DNA of 64,000 bases. It comes from an uncultured Nitrososphaeraceae archaeon (GTDB lineage: Archaea > Thermoproteota > Nitrososphaeria > Nitrososphaerales > Nitrososphaeraceae). The notes beneath the pieces were generated by a model. The model ran no database searches. It was not told the DNA's origin and was given only the letters and a program-made list of their open reading frames with translations. Made by a program: the position numbers and the translations under genes. The stretch is from positions 42,388-106,387 of the forward strand of contig CAWGVG010000028.1 in assembly GCA_963825865.1 (NCBI GenBank), written 5' to 3'. This document shows positions 21,324-32,303 of this stretch, one piece after another; positions within the stretch are counted from its first letter, which is position 1; each line of letters begins with the position of its first letter.

Positions 21324-22787
21324 TTAAACTACAGACTCGAGTTTAATTTTTGGATATCCTGATGATCTATCCGTCACAATCGCGAAAAGATGTGTCCATG
21401 GAAGAATTGATTGCAAAAATAAGGTGCCATTCATTATTACGAGCTTCAGATGTATGTCATATGCTCCAGATAAGTGTTCTAGTATATTTTGAGAATGCTG
21501 GACTACTAACAGCGAAAGGTCAGTATTTGCTCTAATGAAGGGTATTATCTCCGTTTTATTAATTTGCCCATGTTTACGCATATTTTGATACATGTCTATG
21601 TCCATTATATTCAACAAAATTTTTTCTGGATGCTCTTGCCTTGTTTTAAGTACAATATTGCGAAAAAATTCAAAGCGTTTCTCAAAATCATTGCAGTTAT
21701 GATATGGTATTATATAATCTGATGATACTTCAACTTTATCAGCAGGACAGAAAATTTTAACTAGACCATTTTTGGGAGCGGCAGGCAGATGTGATTCTAG
21801 ATAGGAGATTACTGTGCTAGGATCAAACCCATCGAATGATTGAAATAAAATCGGATTACAGGTTGTAACAAAGTTTGATATAATTCTGGCTAAAAATGTC
21901 ATGGTCACCCTTGTATTGATATATGAGTCTGTTTCAACAAGTACGACGCCTTTCTTTGGAAATCCTCCTCCCAGCGCAATATCTAATCCTTGGTATCCAC
22001 TTGCAATGTAAAAGTCTTCAGAAAGTGGTGTTATTTTCTTTTCTAGCTTGTTAAATGAGATTCTTGGGTTACAAGTTATCACAAACTCTGTTGGCTGATA
22101 AGCATTGTAGCTGCGGAAGAAACCATTGTTAAGTGTATAAATATATGATGGTTTGTTTATTCTAACTCCACGTAATTTTGAAAGGAAAATTTCTCTTATC
22201 CTCATATTATCATAGAATTTCTGTCCTAACTCTACTATTCCATCAACAAGAAAATCAAGTGTCGTGTCTTTTGGATCTTCACTAATAAAAATTAATTTAG
22301 CGCCTGCCCTTTCGCGCCAAGTCTGTAATACGCGTTCGTTATTTAATCGTGCTTCTTTATCCATAAAAGATGCAATGGCATCCCAGCTATCGATAATGAT
22401 TATTGGCGCCTTAACATCCATCAGTTGATTTGTAATTCTTTCAAAAAGTGATTCGGGTTCATCAAGGCGTGCATCTTCAAAACTTGATAAATTATATCCT
22501 TGCTCTGATGTTTCATCTGGTCCTGATGTCTTTGATTGTTCAATGAACTTGCCAAGCCATGGATAATATAGAAAAAGTTGCTTCGGAGAAAGCCTAGTAG
22601 AAATATAGAAAAAGTTGTTTTTAATCTTTAATGCTCTCAGAATACTAAGCGAGAGAGTAGTCTTACCTGTCCCTGCATACCCTTTGATAAGCAGAGAATA
22701 TGTGTTGCGCTGAACGAACTGCATAAGTTCATAAGGAATATGGATTGATCTTTCAATCTGTTGCTTATTCCTAGGCCTCTTTAGCAT
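21324..22787 (-). CDS. GvpD-like / KaiC-RAD55 superfamily ATPase with a degenerate second RecA domain
   Basis: Walker A GYAGTGKT, Walker B IIIIDSWD, FLVDG, KLRG; second domain starts SGYQGLDIALGGGFP and has no Walker A. Confidence 0.85.
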   Translation of the reverse strand: MLKRPRNKQQIERSIHIPYELMQFVQRNTYSLLIKGYAGTGKTTLSLSILRALKIKNNFFYISTRLSPKQLFLYYPWLGKFIEQSKTSGPDETSEQGYNLSSFEDARLDEPESLFERITNQLMDVKAPIIIIDSWDAIASFMDKEARLNNERVLQTWRERAGAKLIFISEDPKDTTLDFLVDGIVELGQKFYDNMRIREIFLSKLRGVRINKPSYIYTLNNGFFRSYNAYQPTEFVITCNPRISFNKLEKKITPLSEDFYIASGYQGLDIALGGGFPKKGVVLVETDSYINTRVTMTFLARIISNFVTTCNPILFQSFDGFDPSTVISYLESHLPAAPKNGLVKIFCPADKVEVSSDYIIPYHNCNDFEKRFEFFRNIVLKTRQEHPEKILLNIMDIDMYQNMRKHGQINKTEIIPFIRANTDLSLLVVQHSQNILEHLSGAYDIHLKLVIMNGTLFLQSILPWTHLFAIVTDRSSGYPKIKLESVV

Positions 22788-23022
22788 TTGCTCCCACCCT
22801 CATCAATAGCATGGCTTTAGCACTAATAATAACATACTTTTAATTTTTAATAATGTCTAAGAATATAATGATCTACATTTTATAAATTCTCAAAGTTATA
22901 TTATAATAAATTCTTTACATGTAATAAAACATATATTTTTATTGGCTTTCTTCTCCTTATATTTTATCACATAACCTTTGATCAATAATACTTATTGCAA
23001 AAGGGATGCTTGTTTTATTATA

Positions 23023-24092
23023 TCACGGATTGAGCCCTTTCTGAAAACGCAGTGCATCAATAAGTCCTTCTGCATATCCAATACTTAAGACAGCCAGTTC
23101 TTGTTTGCCCTGTCTTAAAAATCTCTCTGCATCATCAATATCAGTACTCTGCATTATCAAGCACTTCAAAAGATCCTTTATTGCCAGATAGATTATTCTT
23201 CTCTTCTCTTATAATAGATTTCATTTGTTCAATTGCATGTTTGGCTTTTGGAGCATATCTTTGAACCATATTTACAGAAATCTTCTGGATGTTGAGCGTA
23301 TTGTCTATGGGTTTATCAACATTATAAGTCAGCGCTGTTAGTGCATCTGATTCTGTGAAATGAAGTTGCCCTGTTATTATTATTGAATGGGGACCTGTTC
23401 CGAAATCCAAGTCAGTTAGCGATTTAACTTTACCTGATATGATTTTTTTTTGTTTTGTACCGACACGAGAGGCGATAATCATAAAGGTTTCTTCTGAAAA
23501 AGCTTTGTGATTTAGATCATTTTCTATATCCAGCGAGCATTTTAAATATGTATATCGGGTCAAGGAAAAAAAATTTGTTATGTCTATTATGGTATTCTGT
23601 CAAAATCAAAGTATGGTTCCCTGCAAGCAAATTATCAAAAATTGTATTATATACACTAACAGTTGACTGCGGTTCAGACATCATCGTAACCGTTCTTCCA
23701 AATTTGTATATGTGTAGACCTGTCTCACCGATCAAGGAAGTGATGCCAGATGCAGCATGTATGATATTGACTTTGATCGAGTTTTTTACAGCTCTTACAT
23801 GTAGTTCTGTAAGAGTGGTTGCAATTAATGGATCGCCATATGCCAAGAGTGCAATATCTTTGTTCTTTGCTTCTTCAAGAATCTCTCGTCCATCTTCAAC
23901 AAACCATCGTTCGACAGGTCTTATACCATTATCATTTTTTCCAATCAGAGAATTCAAACCTTGTAAATCATCGTCAGATAATGCACTTGTAAATCTCTCG
24001 ATATAAACTATATCACATATTTTCAAAATGTCCAGTGCATGAATGCTTATACCTTCGTAACCGTGAATGCCTATTCCAATAAGCCAGAGCAT
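23023..24092 (-). CDS. dph5: diphthine synthase with C-terminal DUF357-like extension; two frameshifts
   Basis: MLWLIGIG, GDPLIATT, YKFGRTVT, DFGTGPHSIIITGQLHFTE; tail LAVLSIGYAEGLIDALR. Confidence 0.9.
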
Positions 24093-24115
24093 ATATAAGG
24101 AAAAGACTTCCAGCT

Positions 24116-25252
24116 CTATATTTTGTCTTTGGTATCGTTGATCTTTTTGATTTGATGAAGTCTGGACATATGAAATAACGCTCTACTAAATACTTCGATG
24201 CTAGAAACATATTCTTCAATCTCTACTCGTTCATCAACAGTGTGAGAAGTATGCGGGTCTCCAGGACCAAATGTTATCATAGGTATTTTTAATGCATTAC
24301 CCAGTATATTCATATCACCAGTTCCTGTTTTGCGTACGAGAATTGGACGTTTTTTGCAAACATCAAGAATTGAAAGTGAAAGTGCTCTTACTATAGTAGA
24401 ATTATGATTTGCTTCAAAGGGCTCTGTTTTGTCTTCTATTCTATAAGTAGCTTTTACTCCTTTCTTGGTAGCAACTTCAGTAATGGCTCCATCTATAATT
24501 TCAAGCACCTTTTCACATGTAGTAATAGTGGGTATTCGAACATCTAATGTTATTTTGCACTTCTGAGGTGTAACGTTATGGCTGGAACCACCTGTAATTT
24601 CAGTGAGGCTACAACTGATTGAATTGGTCTTATTCTCTCTTGTGCCTGCCCGGTTTATTTCAGATTTTATTGCATTCCAAAAATCACACATTTCTTCAAT
24701 TGAATTTTTAGCCAGCCAAGGTGCACTTGCGTGGGCACTAGATCCAACATCGCACGTAAGTCTGACTGCCAGTCTGCCTTTGTATGCAATCGTAATGTTC
24801 CCGATGCCACTTGGTTCGCCAAAAATTGCATAATCTACTGAAAGTTTACTCTTTACAAGTTGTTTAACTCCAGTCGCATTTCCTTCTTCGTCAACGACAC
24901 CTGCGAAAATTATGGTTCCTCTCTGTTTTGGATATTCAGAAGCCGCAAGTAACATTGCAATCAGAGGAGCCTTTGCATCAGACGCTCCGCGACCATAAAT
25001 GAAACCGTCCTCTATTTTCACTGGAATTTGTCCAGGAACAGTATCCATATGGCCACAGAGTAGTATTCTGGGTTCATCATTTCCTTTAGTTGCAATAACG
25101 TTTCCAACGCTGTCAATATGAACCTGTTCAAAACCAAGTTCGTTAACACATCTCTCTTTAATCATATTTGCAACCGAAGCTTCAGACCTTGATGGTGTGT
25201 ATAATTGGAGGGCTTTCCTTAATAATTCAACCGCGTAACTCGTAGAAACCAA
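24116..25252 (-). CDS. lysK: [LysW]-lysine/ornithine hydrolase (M20)
   Basis: GHMDTVPG, GRGASDAK, DEE, GEPS, GTGDMN, HT; operon context. Confidence 0.92.
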   Translation of the reverse strand: MVSTSYAVELLRKALQLYTPSRSEASVANMIKERCVNELGFEQVHIDSVGNVIATKGNDEPRILLCGHMDTVPGQIPVKIEDGFIYGRGASDAKAPLIAMLLAASEYPKQRGTIIFAGVVDEEGNATGVKQLVKSKLSVDYAIFGEPSGIGNITIAYKGRLAVRLTCDVGSSAHASAPWLAKNSIEEMCDFWNAIKSEINRAGTRENKTNSISCSLTEITGGSSHNVTPQKCKITLDVRIPTITTCEKVLEIIDGAITEVATKKGVKATYRIEDKTEPFEANHNSTIVRALSLSILDVCKKRPILVRKTGTGDMNILGNALKIPMITFGPGDPHTSHTVDERVEIEEYVSSIEVFSRALFHMSRLHQIKKINDTKDKI

Positions 25253-25254
25253 TT

Positions 25255-26127
25255 CTACTTATTCTTTTCTAATTTTGAAGAGTAATCAACAATCAATCCT
25301 GGAATATCGATACCCGTTACCCTGACTGTATTTCTAAATTCAGTTGTATTATTGACCTCGTGCACAATTAGACCATGTTCTTTACTCTCCATAAGATCAA
25401 CGCCAACAATCTGTCCTCCCATGGCATTTGTAGCTTTTATACAGATATCTTCTAACTCTATAGTGACTGGACAAATTTCAGCATGGCCTCCCAAAGCCAT
25501 GTTCGTTTTCCATTCATCTTGGGTGGAATAGCGATAAATGGCAGCAACAACTCTGTCTCCTACTACAATTGCCCTAATATCTCTAGGAGGACGCTTAACG
25601 AACTCTTCAAAGTAGTAAACGTGATACAGTGGAAACATGTGCTCTCTGTCTTCAATTATCGCCTTGGCTGCATCTTTGTCGCGCAGAAGGGCAATTAATC
25701 TTCCCCAACTTCCAACTGTGGGCTTGATAACTGCCGGGTATCCTAACCTATCAAGCGCTGCCATTGCAGATACGTCGGAGAATGCAGAAATTGCTTTAGG
25801 TGTCTTTAAACCAGCTTTTTGGAGTTCCATGTGGGAAAATAATTTATTACCACAAAGAATTGCAGTGCGGAGCGAATTGATAATATGTGCTCCAAGACCC
25901 TCTAACGCAGCAGTTGAGTGAAGACTTTTAAAATAACTAACACAACGTTGAATAATGATTTTATTCTTATATACTGAGGAATTATTCTCATTTAGGTCAA
26001 TAAAAAGATCTTTACAATTAGTATTATTCACTTCAATTCCTCTCTTTTTAGCAGCTAAATATAGTGCCTTTTCTTCCCATCTGATGTTGTCATAAAGAAT
26101 GGTAAGAGAAGTCCTGCCTTTGGTCAC
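25255..26127 (-). CDS. lysX: aminoadipate--LysW ligase (ATP-grasp)
   Basis: KPTVGSWGR, RDIR, WKTN, EVNNTTEFRNT; follows lysS-lysW. Confidence 0.88.
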   Translation of the reverse strand: MTKGRTSLTILYDNIRWEEKALYLAAKKRGIEVNNTNCKDLFIDLNENNSSVYKNKIIIQRCVSYFKSLHSTAALEGLGAHIINSLRTAILCGNKLFSHMELQKAGLKTPKAISAFSDVSAMAALDRLGYPAVIKPTVGSWGRLIALLRDKDAAKAIIEDREHMFPLYHVYYFEEFVKRPPRDIRAIVVGDRVVAAIYRYSTQDEWKTNMALGGHAEICPVTIELEDICIKATNAMGGQIVGVDLMESKEHGLIVHEVNNTTEFRNTVRVTGIDIPGLIVDYSSKLEKNK

Positions 26128-26291
26128 TCGCCCCAGTCCTCGCCCAAAACTTGGGCTGGTTTAATATTAAATTCTTCGTCTAGTTTTACAAGCTCATAAC
26201 TTGCACCACAGTCTGGACACGTTACAATTTCGCCTTCAATAGAGTCAGGAGGAACTTTGATTTCCGCATCGCATTCTGGGCATTTAACCAT
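26124..26291 (-). CDS. lysW: amino-group carrier protein LysW, copy 1 (55 aa, not in ORF track)
   Basis: MVKCPECD...TCPDCG...VLGEDWGE*. Confidence 0.95.
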   Translation of the reverse strand: MVKCPECDAEIKVPPDSIEGEIVTCPDCGASYELVKLDEEFNIKPAQVLGEDWGE

Positions 26292-26297
26292 GTCAAT

Positions 26298-27504
26298 CTA
26301 CTCCTTTACTTTCAGAGCCGCATCATTAAGTATCTTTCTCTCTAGTCTATCGTCCAAGTATAACTCCAAGATATCGCCCATACGAAGTTCTTTCAAACCG
26401 CGAGCTAAAGTAGCTGCTTCATGTTGACCTGTTTCCAATCCTAGCAATGATAATAAGTAGGTTGCACCATTTTTGCCAGCGAGTTCTCCAAATACTATTT
26501 TGCGTCTGTTGCCCACAACCTTTGGTTCCAGGATTTCGTACGCCGATGGGTTTCGGTAGAATTCCGGCAAGGTGAGTGCCTGCTTTATGCTTGTATGCGC
26601 TATCTCCGACAATTGGTTTTGATTCTGGAATTTCTAAATCTGTATATTGTGAAATTGTCTTTGATAAATCTCTTAGCATATGTAATCTCAAGTCGTTGTT
26701 TGATTTGTAAATCAGAGTGAGTGCAACTGCAGTCTCAGCTAACGCTGGAATACCCGTACGTTCTCCAAACCCATCTATGGTGGTATGAATTTGATCTGCG
26801 CCCGCCTCACATCCTGTCAAAGCATTTGCTAATGCTAACCCAACATCGTTATGACAATGGACATCCAGTGAAGTTTTTGACATATCTATATTATCATAGA
26901 CCATCTTGACAAGTCTGTACATACCTCTAGGACGCATAATGCCTACAGTATCTGGAATACTAATTCTTTCAATACCACGACTGTTCATCTCCTTACACAT
27001 TTCTATAAGAAAAGCAGGATCAGTCCTACTTGCATCTTCCATTGTGAATCGGGCTTTCAAACTGTGTGACTTGATATAATCAGCAACTTCTAGTGCTCTT
27101 ATTTTTGCCTCTTCTCTTGTAATCTTAAGTTTTGTAGACAGGTGAATATCGGAAATACCCATGTATGTTGCAACCCATGATGCTCCACTGCTAATGGCAA
27201 TATCTACATCAGATTTCATCGCCCTGACGTGTGCTATGATATCCGCTTTCAATCCCTGTTTTATAATGGTCCTTGTAGACTCAAGGTGGTCAGTTGATAT
27301 TACAGGACTTATTTCAATTTGATCGACGCCAAAAGAATCGAGCATCCATGCAATCTGAATTCTTTGTTTGGTAGTGAATGAAACTTTAGGATGCTGTTCA
27401 CCTTCCCTCAGAGTAGAGTCAAGAATTTTAATTCTCTTTCTGTCTTTGTCGGATTCATTATATGTATGCGCATAATAGTTTGGATCGTCTGAATTTAGCG
27501 ACAT
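26298..27504 (-). CDS. lysS: homocitrate synthase, frameshift near 26565
   Basis: DSTLREGEQ, HCHND, GERTG, HKAGTH; 3' part in ORF 26298..26612. Confidence 0.85.
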
Positions 27505-27662
27505 CTATTTCTTTTAATTAACTCCTTTCGCACGAAATATAAACTTTTTCGCGACTAAAATCACATATACACTGTCGTTTTGTTATAATATTCGTTGAGA
27601 AACTAGGTGAAAAATCGAATTTCGCGCCTTTATTAATAAAATGAACAATAACACCAAGATTT

Positions 27663-28091
27663 TTATCGTATGGTTTTTTTAAGAATAATTACTGTATTTG
27701 TATCAGAGACACCTTCTGTTTTCCGGACATCATCAATAGAGTTGTTAATTTCGGTGATTGTAGGAGCTGTAATGATCGCGGCAATGTCATACTGTCCTGT
27801 AATCTCATAGATCACCTCAACGCCGTTAATTTTCATTAGTTTGGAAGAAACTACATTTGTATCTGCAGTGGAATTGAGTGAGATAAGAGTTATTGCGCTT
27901 GCCTTGTCGGTAGTACTCATTTCTATGGTAAATCGCTTGATAATTCCACTATCTGTGAGATTTTTTATACGCCTTCTTACAGCAGATTCTGACAATCCGA
28001 TCTCACTGCCAATTTCAACAAATGATTTGCGTGAGTCATATTGCAAAATCCCCATTATCTTCTCATCAATAGAGTCGAGGTTACCCCACAT
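27663..28091 (-). CDS. lysM: Lrp/AsnC regulator LysM
   Basis: HTH IGLSESAVRRRI, RAM domain YEITGQYD; position in the operon. Confidence 0.88.
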   Translation of the reverse strand: MWGNLDSIDEKIMGILQYDSRKSFVEIGSEIGLSESAVRRRIKNLTDSGIIKRFTIEMSTTDKASAITLISLNSTADTNVVSSKLMKINGVEVIYEITGQYDIAAIITAPTITEINNSIDDVRKTEGVSDTNTVIILKKTIR

Positions 28092-29283
28092 TTCTCCTCT
28101 TCTCCTCTTTAGCAAGTAGGTTATCCATTATTTCTAATATGTGAGAAACAGTCTTTTCATCCATAACAATTGGCGGAAGTAGCCTAATTATGTTTCTTCC
28201 TGAATATAGCATTAACAATCCGTTTCTGATTCCATCAAATAGTATGTCCTTTACATCGAAACGTAATTCTACCGCTAACATCATTCCTAAACCTCTAACT
28301 TCTCTAATTATCTTGTGTCTATCATTGAGCATCAGAAGACCGTCTTTGAAGTATTTGCCAGTTTTTAAGGCATTTTCAACTAGTTTATCCTCTATGAGTG
28401 CATCAAGGGTTGCACTACCCGCGGCACATGCAAGTGGATTTCCTGCAAAGGTGGAAGAGTGTTCGCCAACCTTCATTGCTTTTAAGATTTCGGGTTTTAC
28501 TAATGTCAAGCCCATGGGAATTCCACCCGCAATCCCTTTTGCAAGACACATGATATCAGGCGTAGTGTCCCAGTTCTGTCCTGCCCAGATCTTACCCGTC
28601 CTACCGAGACCGGTTTGAATTTCATCAAATATCAAAACTAAGTTGTGACGATTACAAATCTCTCTGACGCTTTGTATAAAACCATCTGCTGGAACAACAA
28701 TTCCTGTTTCACCTTGGATTGGTTCTAAAATTACAGTTCCTATAGTGTCATCAATTGCTTCTTCGATTTTGGCAGGATCGCTATAAGGAACAAACTTTAC
28801 ACCCTCTAAAAGAGGCATGAATGACTTTCTATATTTTTCATTGTGAGTTACTGAAAGTGCTCCGAATGTCTTTCCATGGTAAGCACCATTCATAGCTATT
28901 ATGCCTTTCTTACCAGTATATTTGCGAGAGAATTTTAATGCAGCTTCAACGGCTTCAGCACCACTATTGCTAAAAAATGTATCGGTAATTCCCTTCGGAG
29001 CTAATCTAGATATCTTTTGGAGAAACTTTAACCTAGTATCATTGTATAGAGACATATGGCATACTATGAGTTTTTCTGCTTGGTCCTTGACAGCTTGTAC
29101 TATTCTATCATTGCAATGTCCAACAATTGCAACACCATATCCTCCCATACAATCGATATATTCGTTACCAGATGTATCCCAGAGTTTTGCACCTTTACCA
29201 CGTGCAATGTTTACAGGGAATCTCTGGTACAAATTAGCTAAATGCTGGTCCTCGTCATTCAATTGGCAGTAATCACCGTACAA
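28081..29283 (-). CDS. lysJ: [LysW]-semialdehyde transaminase (class III)
   Basis: NSGAEAVE, FDEIQTG, AKGIAGG, STFAGNP. Confidence 0.92.
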   Translation of the reverse strand: MYGDYCQLNDEDQHLANLYQRFPVNIARGKGAKLWDTSGNEYIDCMGGYGVAIVGHCNDRIVQAVKDQAEKLIVCHMSLYNDTRLKFLQKISRLAPKGITDTFFSNSGAEAVEAALKFSRKYTGKKGIIAMNGAYHGKTFGALSVTHNEKYRKSFMPLLEGVKFVPYSDPAKIEEAIDDTIGTVILEPIQGETGIVVPADGFIQSVREICNRHNLVLIFDEIQTGLGRTGKIWAGQNWDTTPDIMCLAKGIAGGIPMGLTLVKPEILKAMKVGEHSSTFAGNPLACAAGSATLDALIEDKLVENALKTGKYFKDGLLMLNDRHKIIREVRGLGMMLAVELRFDVKDILFDGIRNGLLMLYSGRNIIRLLPPIVMDEKTVSHILEIMDNLLAKEEKRRNVG

Positions 29284-30063
29284 TTATTATGTATTATTGC
29301 TGCTGAGATGGGGTTCTCTACCTGACCTGATGCAATTATAGCCTCTTTGACTCCCATTTCTATTGCCTCATTACATGCCATAACTTTCTTTTCCATACCG
29401 AATCCTATCTTTGGTAATGCTACTGTTACCTGTTCAAATGTCATGTTTGAAATTAACTTATCGTTTAATATCAGCCCATTGACATTTGTAATAAATATCA
29501 CTTTGTCAGCTTTTACTTCACCTGCAATATATGCCGGCAGCTCGATCTCCATCTACATTAAGAAAATCAAATTCTTCACTTAATGCAATAGGTGAGACAA
29601 CAGGAACATATCCTTTATCTACTAATGTATTTAATAATGTTGGATCAACTGCATTTATCTTGCCCGTGTATCCGCCATCTATTGCCATTTTTCTGCCTTT
29701 TTCGTTGATAATCAAAAGCTTCTTCTTACGTTCTGCCTTCAACATACCTCCATCAATCCCGGCAATCCCGGCAGCCTTTATGTCTCGAGATAATAGCATT
29801 CCTACAATTTCTTTATTTATCTTACCTGACATCACCATGGTATAGATTTTCGCTGTATCTTTGTCAGTATATCTGCTCCTCACTCCTCCAGGCGATACGA
29901 TGAACTTTTGTTCTTTACCAAGTTTCGTTGCAGTATTGGTGACTTCTTTGCCTCCGCCGTGTACAAGAATCAATTTGTCTTTTTCGACTGTCTTTTTGAT
30001 ATCGGAAAGTGTTGTAGAATGGAGTCCATCTACTACACTTCCACCGATCTTGATTACTATCAT
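29259..30063 (-). CDS. lysZ: [LysW]-aminoadipate/glutamate kinase, frameshift near 29535
   Basis: KIGGS, VHGGG, SRYTD, NVDGDRAA, GMEKK. Confidence 0.92.
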
Positions 30064-31139
30064 ACTGGTGTCAGTGGAGTATATTTTAATCCATCCATCT
30101 CATCATAGCCAAGCATTACATTCATGTTCTGTATTGCAGATCCTGCTGCCCCTTTCATCAAGTTATCAGATGCAGATAATGCCACGAGCCTTTTATTGTC
30201 ATCATCAATATCAAATCCTATGTCGCAAAAGTTCGAGCCAACTACAAATTTGGGATCTGGAAATTTGTAGATGCCTTTCTTATCGCGAATAAACCTGATG
30301 AAAGGTTCGTTCTTGTACGAGGTTCTATATATTTTCCATAGTTCTAACTCGCTAATAGGTTCCTTCAGGAATGTGTGATTTGTAGTAAGGATGCCTCGAA
30401 CCACATTTACTGCATGGGGTGTCATACTTACTTTAATTGTTTTTTTGGCAATACGTCCTAATTCTTGTTCAATTTCTCCTGTGTGTCTGTGTTTAGTGGG
30501 CTTGTATGGTCGAATTACGCCATATCGCATTGCATGATGTGTTCCTGCATTTGCTTTCACACCTGCACCCGATGAACCAATCTTGCTGTCAACTATGATG
30601 TGGTCGGTGTCAATCAAATTGTTTTCTATTAGCGGTTTTATTGCAAGCAAAGAAGTAACCGCCATGCAGCCGGGGCACGAAACTAACTGAGCTTTCTTAA
30701 TCTCGTCACGATGGAGTTCTGGAACTCCATATACTGATTTTGATAACATTTCGGGGAAAGGATGTTCCCACCCATACCACTTTACATAATCCTTTGGATT
30801 CTTCAAACGAAAGTCTGCCGATAGATCTATTATCTTTGTGCCTCTATCATATAGATCTTTAACTATTTCGTTTGCCTTGCTATGAGGAACTGAAGTAAAT
30901 ATTATCTCACACGAACTTGCCAATTTTTCCATATCCATTGGCAAAAAAGTAAGATCTATGAAACCTTTCAGACTAGGATGAACACGGTGTACATATTCAC
31001 CTGCCTTCTGTCTGGATGTTACCATGCTTATCTCAACTTTGGGATGGAAAAGAAGTAAGCGTAATAATTCACCACCCACATAACCTGATGCACCAACAAC
31101 ACCAACTTTCATTTTTAATAGTTCGTCTCTATCTGCCAA
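30060..31139 (-). CDS. lysY: [LysW]-phosphate reductase (ArgC-like)
   Basis: GASGYVG, DLSADFR, PGC, GSSGAG, DNLMKGAAG. Confidence 0.93.
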   Translation of the reverse strand: MADRDELLKMKVGVVGASGYVGGELLRLLLFHPKVEISMVTSRQKAGEYVHRVHPSLKGFIDLTFLPMDMEKLASSCEIIFTSVPHSKANEIVKDLYDRGTKIIDLSADFRLKNPKDYVKWYGWEHPFPEMLSKSVYGVPELHRDEIKKAQLVSCPGCMAVTSLLAIKPLIENNLIDTDHIIVDSKIGSSGAGVKANAGTHHAMRYGVIRPYKPTKHRHTGEIEQELGRIAKKTIKVSMTPHAVNVVRGILTTNHTFLKEPISELELWKIYRTSYKNEPFIRFIRDKKGIYKFPDPKFVVGSNFCDIGFDIDDDNKRLVALSASDNLMKGAAGSAIQNMNVMLGYDEMDGLKYTPLTPV

Positions 31140-31261
31140 TAACGTGGCTTATGAATTTTGTTATATCTTCTACATTCAAAGATGTAAATTGCAATAAAGA
31201 TTTTTATTTATTTTTTTGGTCAGAATTGTATATTTTGGGTCACTAGAAACCATATTCAGTC

Positions 31262-32122
31262 TCATTTTTTTGCAATTTTCAAGGCATAATCTATTATAGC
31301 ACCGGCTATGTCAGCGTCAGAAACATTGGAAGCTCCTCTGAATTCCACAGTGCTATTGACTTCATGAACTAATAGTCCTCTTTTTTCATCTTCCATTAAA
31401 TCAATTCCCACTATGCCACCTCCTACAGCTTTTGGAGCTTTTAGTGCAATATCTTCTAGTTCATTTGTAATTGGAGCAACTTCTGCTTTCCCTCCCCTAG
31501 CTACGTTTGTCCTCCATTCGTTTTCTGCAGAATAACGATAAATGGCGGCAATAACTTTATCTCCTACTACTATACACCTAAGGTCTCGCGGCGGTCTTTT
31601 GATCATTTCCTGGACATAATAAATACGTGCTAGAGGGCTATCATCTCCTTCTCGCATTTCTACAATCATGTTTGCAACTTCTTCGTCTCGTAGTGGAAAA
31701 ACTCCTCTACCCCATGAACCAACAATTGGTTTTAAAACAAGCGGAAATCCTATCTTGCTTATTACTTCTATTGCAGATTCTGCGCTAAAAGCAAAATGTG
31801 TCTTTGGAGTTGGAACTTGATACTTGGCAAGTGTAAGTGATGTTATCAATTTATTTCCGCAAGTTTCTCCGACTTTGAATTTATTGATAACGAGAAACCC
31901 CAGAAATTCTAAACACGCTGTAAGGTATAATCCTCTAAAGTGGCTTATACTTCTTTGTAAGATTACATCCCCTAGTTGGAGTGCTTTTCTTTTGCTTTCG
32001 GTATCGATGGTAATCGTTTTTGCGTCGATAATATGGGCTCTTAGACCCTTTTTTTTGGCTTTGTCATAAAGTGCCTTTTCCTCAAAACGTATCTTATCAT
32101 AAATTACGCAAACTTCAACCAT
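31262..32122 (-). CDS. argX: second LysW ligase, probably glutamate-specific (ArgX-like)
   Basis: ATP-grasp motifs; EVNSTVEFRGA has Gly where the other copy has Asn; follows argG-lysW. Confidence 0.75.
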   Translation of the reverse strand: MVEVCVIYDKIRFEEKALYDKAKKKGLRAHIIDAKTITIDTESKRKALQLGDVILQRSISHFRGLYLTACLEFLGFLVINKFKVGETCGNKLITSLTLAKYQVPTPKTHFAFSAESAIEVISKIGFPLVLKPIVGSWGRGVFPLRDEEVANMIVEMREGDDSPLARIYYVQEMIKRPPRDLRCIVVGDKVIAAIYRYSAENEWRTNVARGGKAEVAPITNELEDIALKAPKAVGGGIVGIDLMEDEKRGLLVHEVNSTVEFRGASNVSDADIAGAIIDYALKIAKK

Positions 32123-32302
32123 CTATTCTCCCCAGTCTTCACCTAGAGTTTCAGCCGGTTTCAATTTCACTTTGCCTTTTTCTTTTTCATTTGATTCAAT
32201 CTCAAAATCTGCACCACAATCTGGACAAGTTATAACTTCTCCCACCATTGCGTCATCTGGAACATTGATTTCTCCTCCGCAGTCTTGACATTCCGTTTTC
32301 AT
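32123..32302 (-). CDS. lysW: amino-group carrier protein LysW/ArgW, copy 2 (59 aa, not in ORF track)
   Basis: MKTECQDCG...TCPDCG...TLGEDWGE*. Confidence 0.95.
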   Translation of the reverse strand: MKTECQDCGGEINVPDDAMVGEVITCPDCGADFEIESNEKEKGKVKLKPAETLGEDWGE

Positions 32303-32303
32303 T

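Noticed and set aside
21324-22787. Gas vesicle locus or circadian clock
   Set aside because: No gvpA or other gvp genes and no kaiA/kaiB in the window; the second ATPase domain is degenerate
25255-32302. Small peptide plus ATP-grasp pairs as a RiPP (graspetide) cluster
   Set aside because: Both peptides are canonical LysW (two CxxC, EDWGE) inside the Lys/Arg operon
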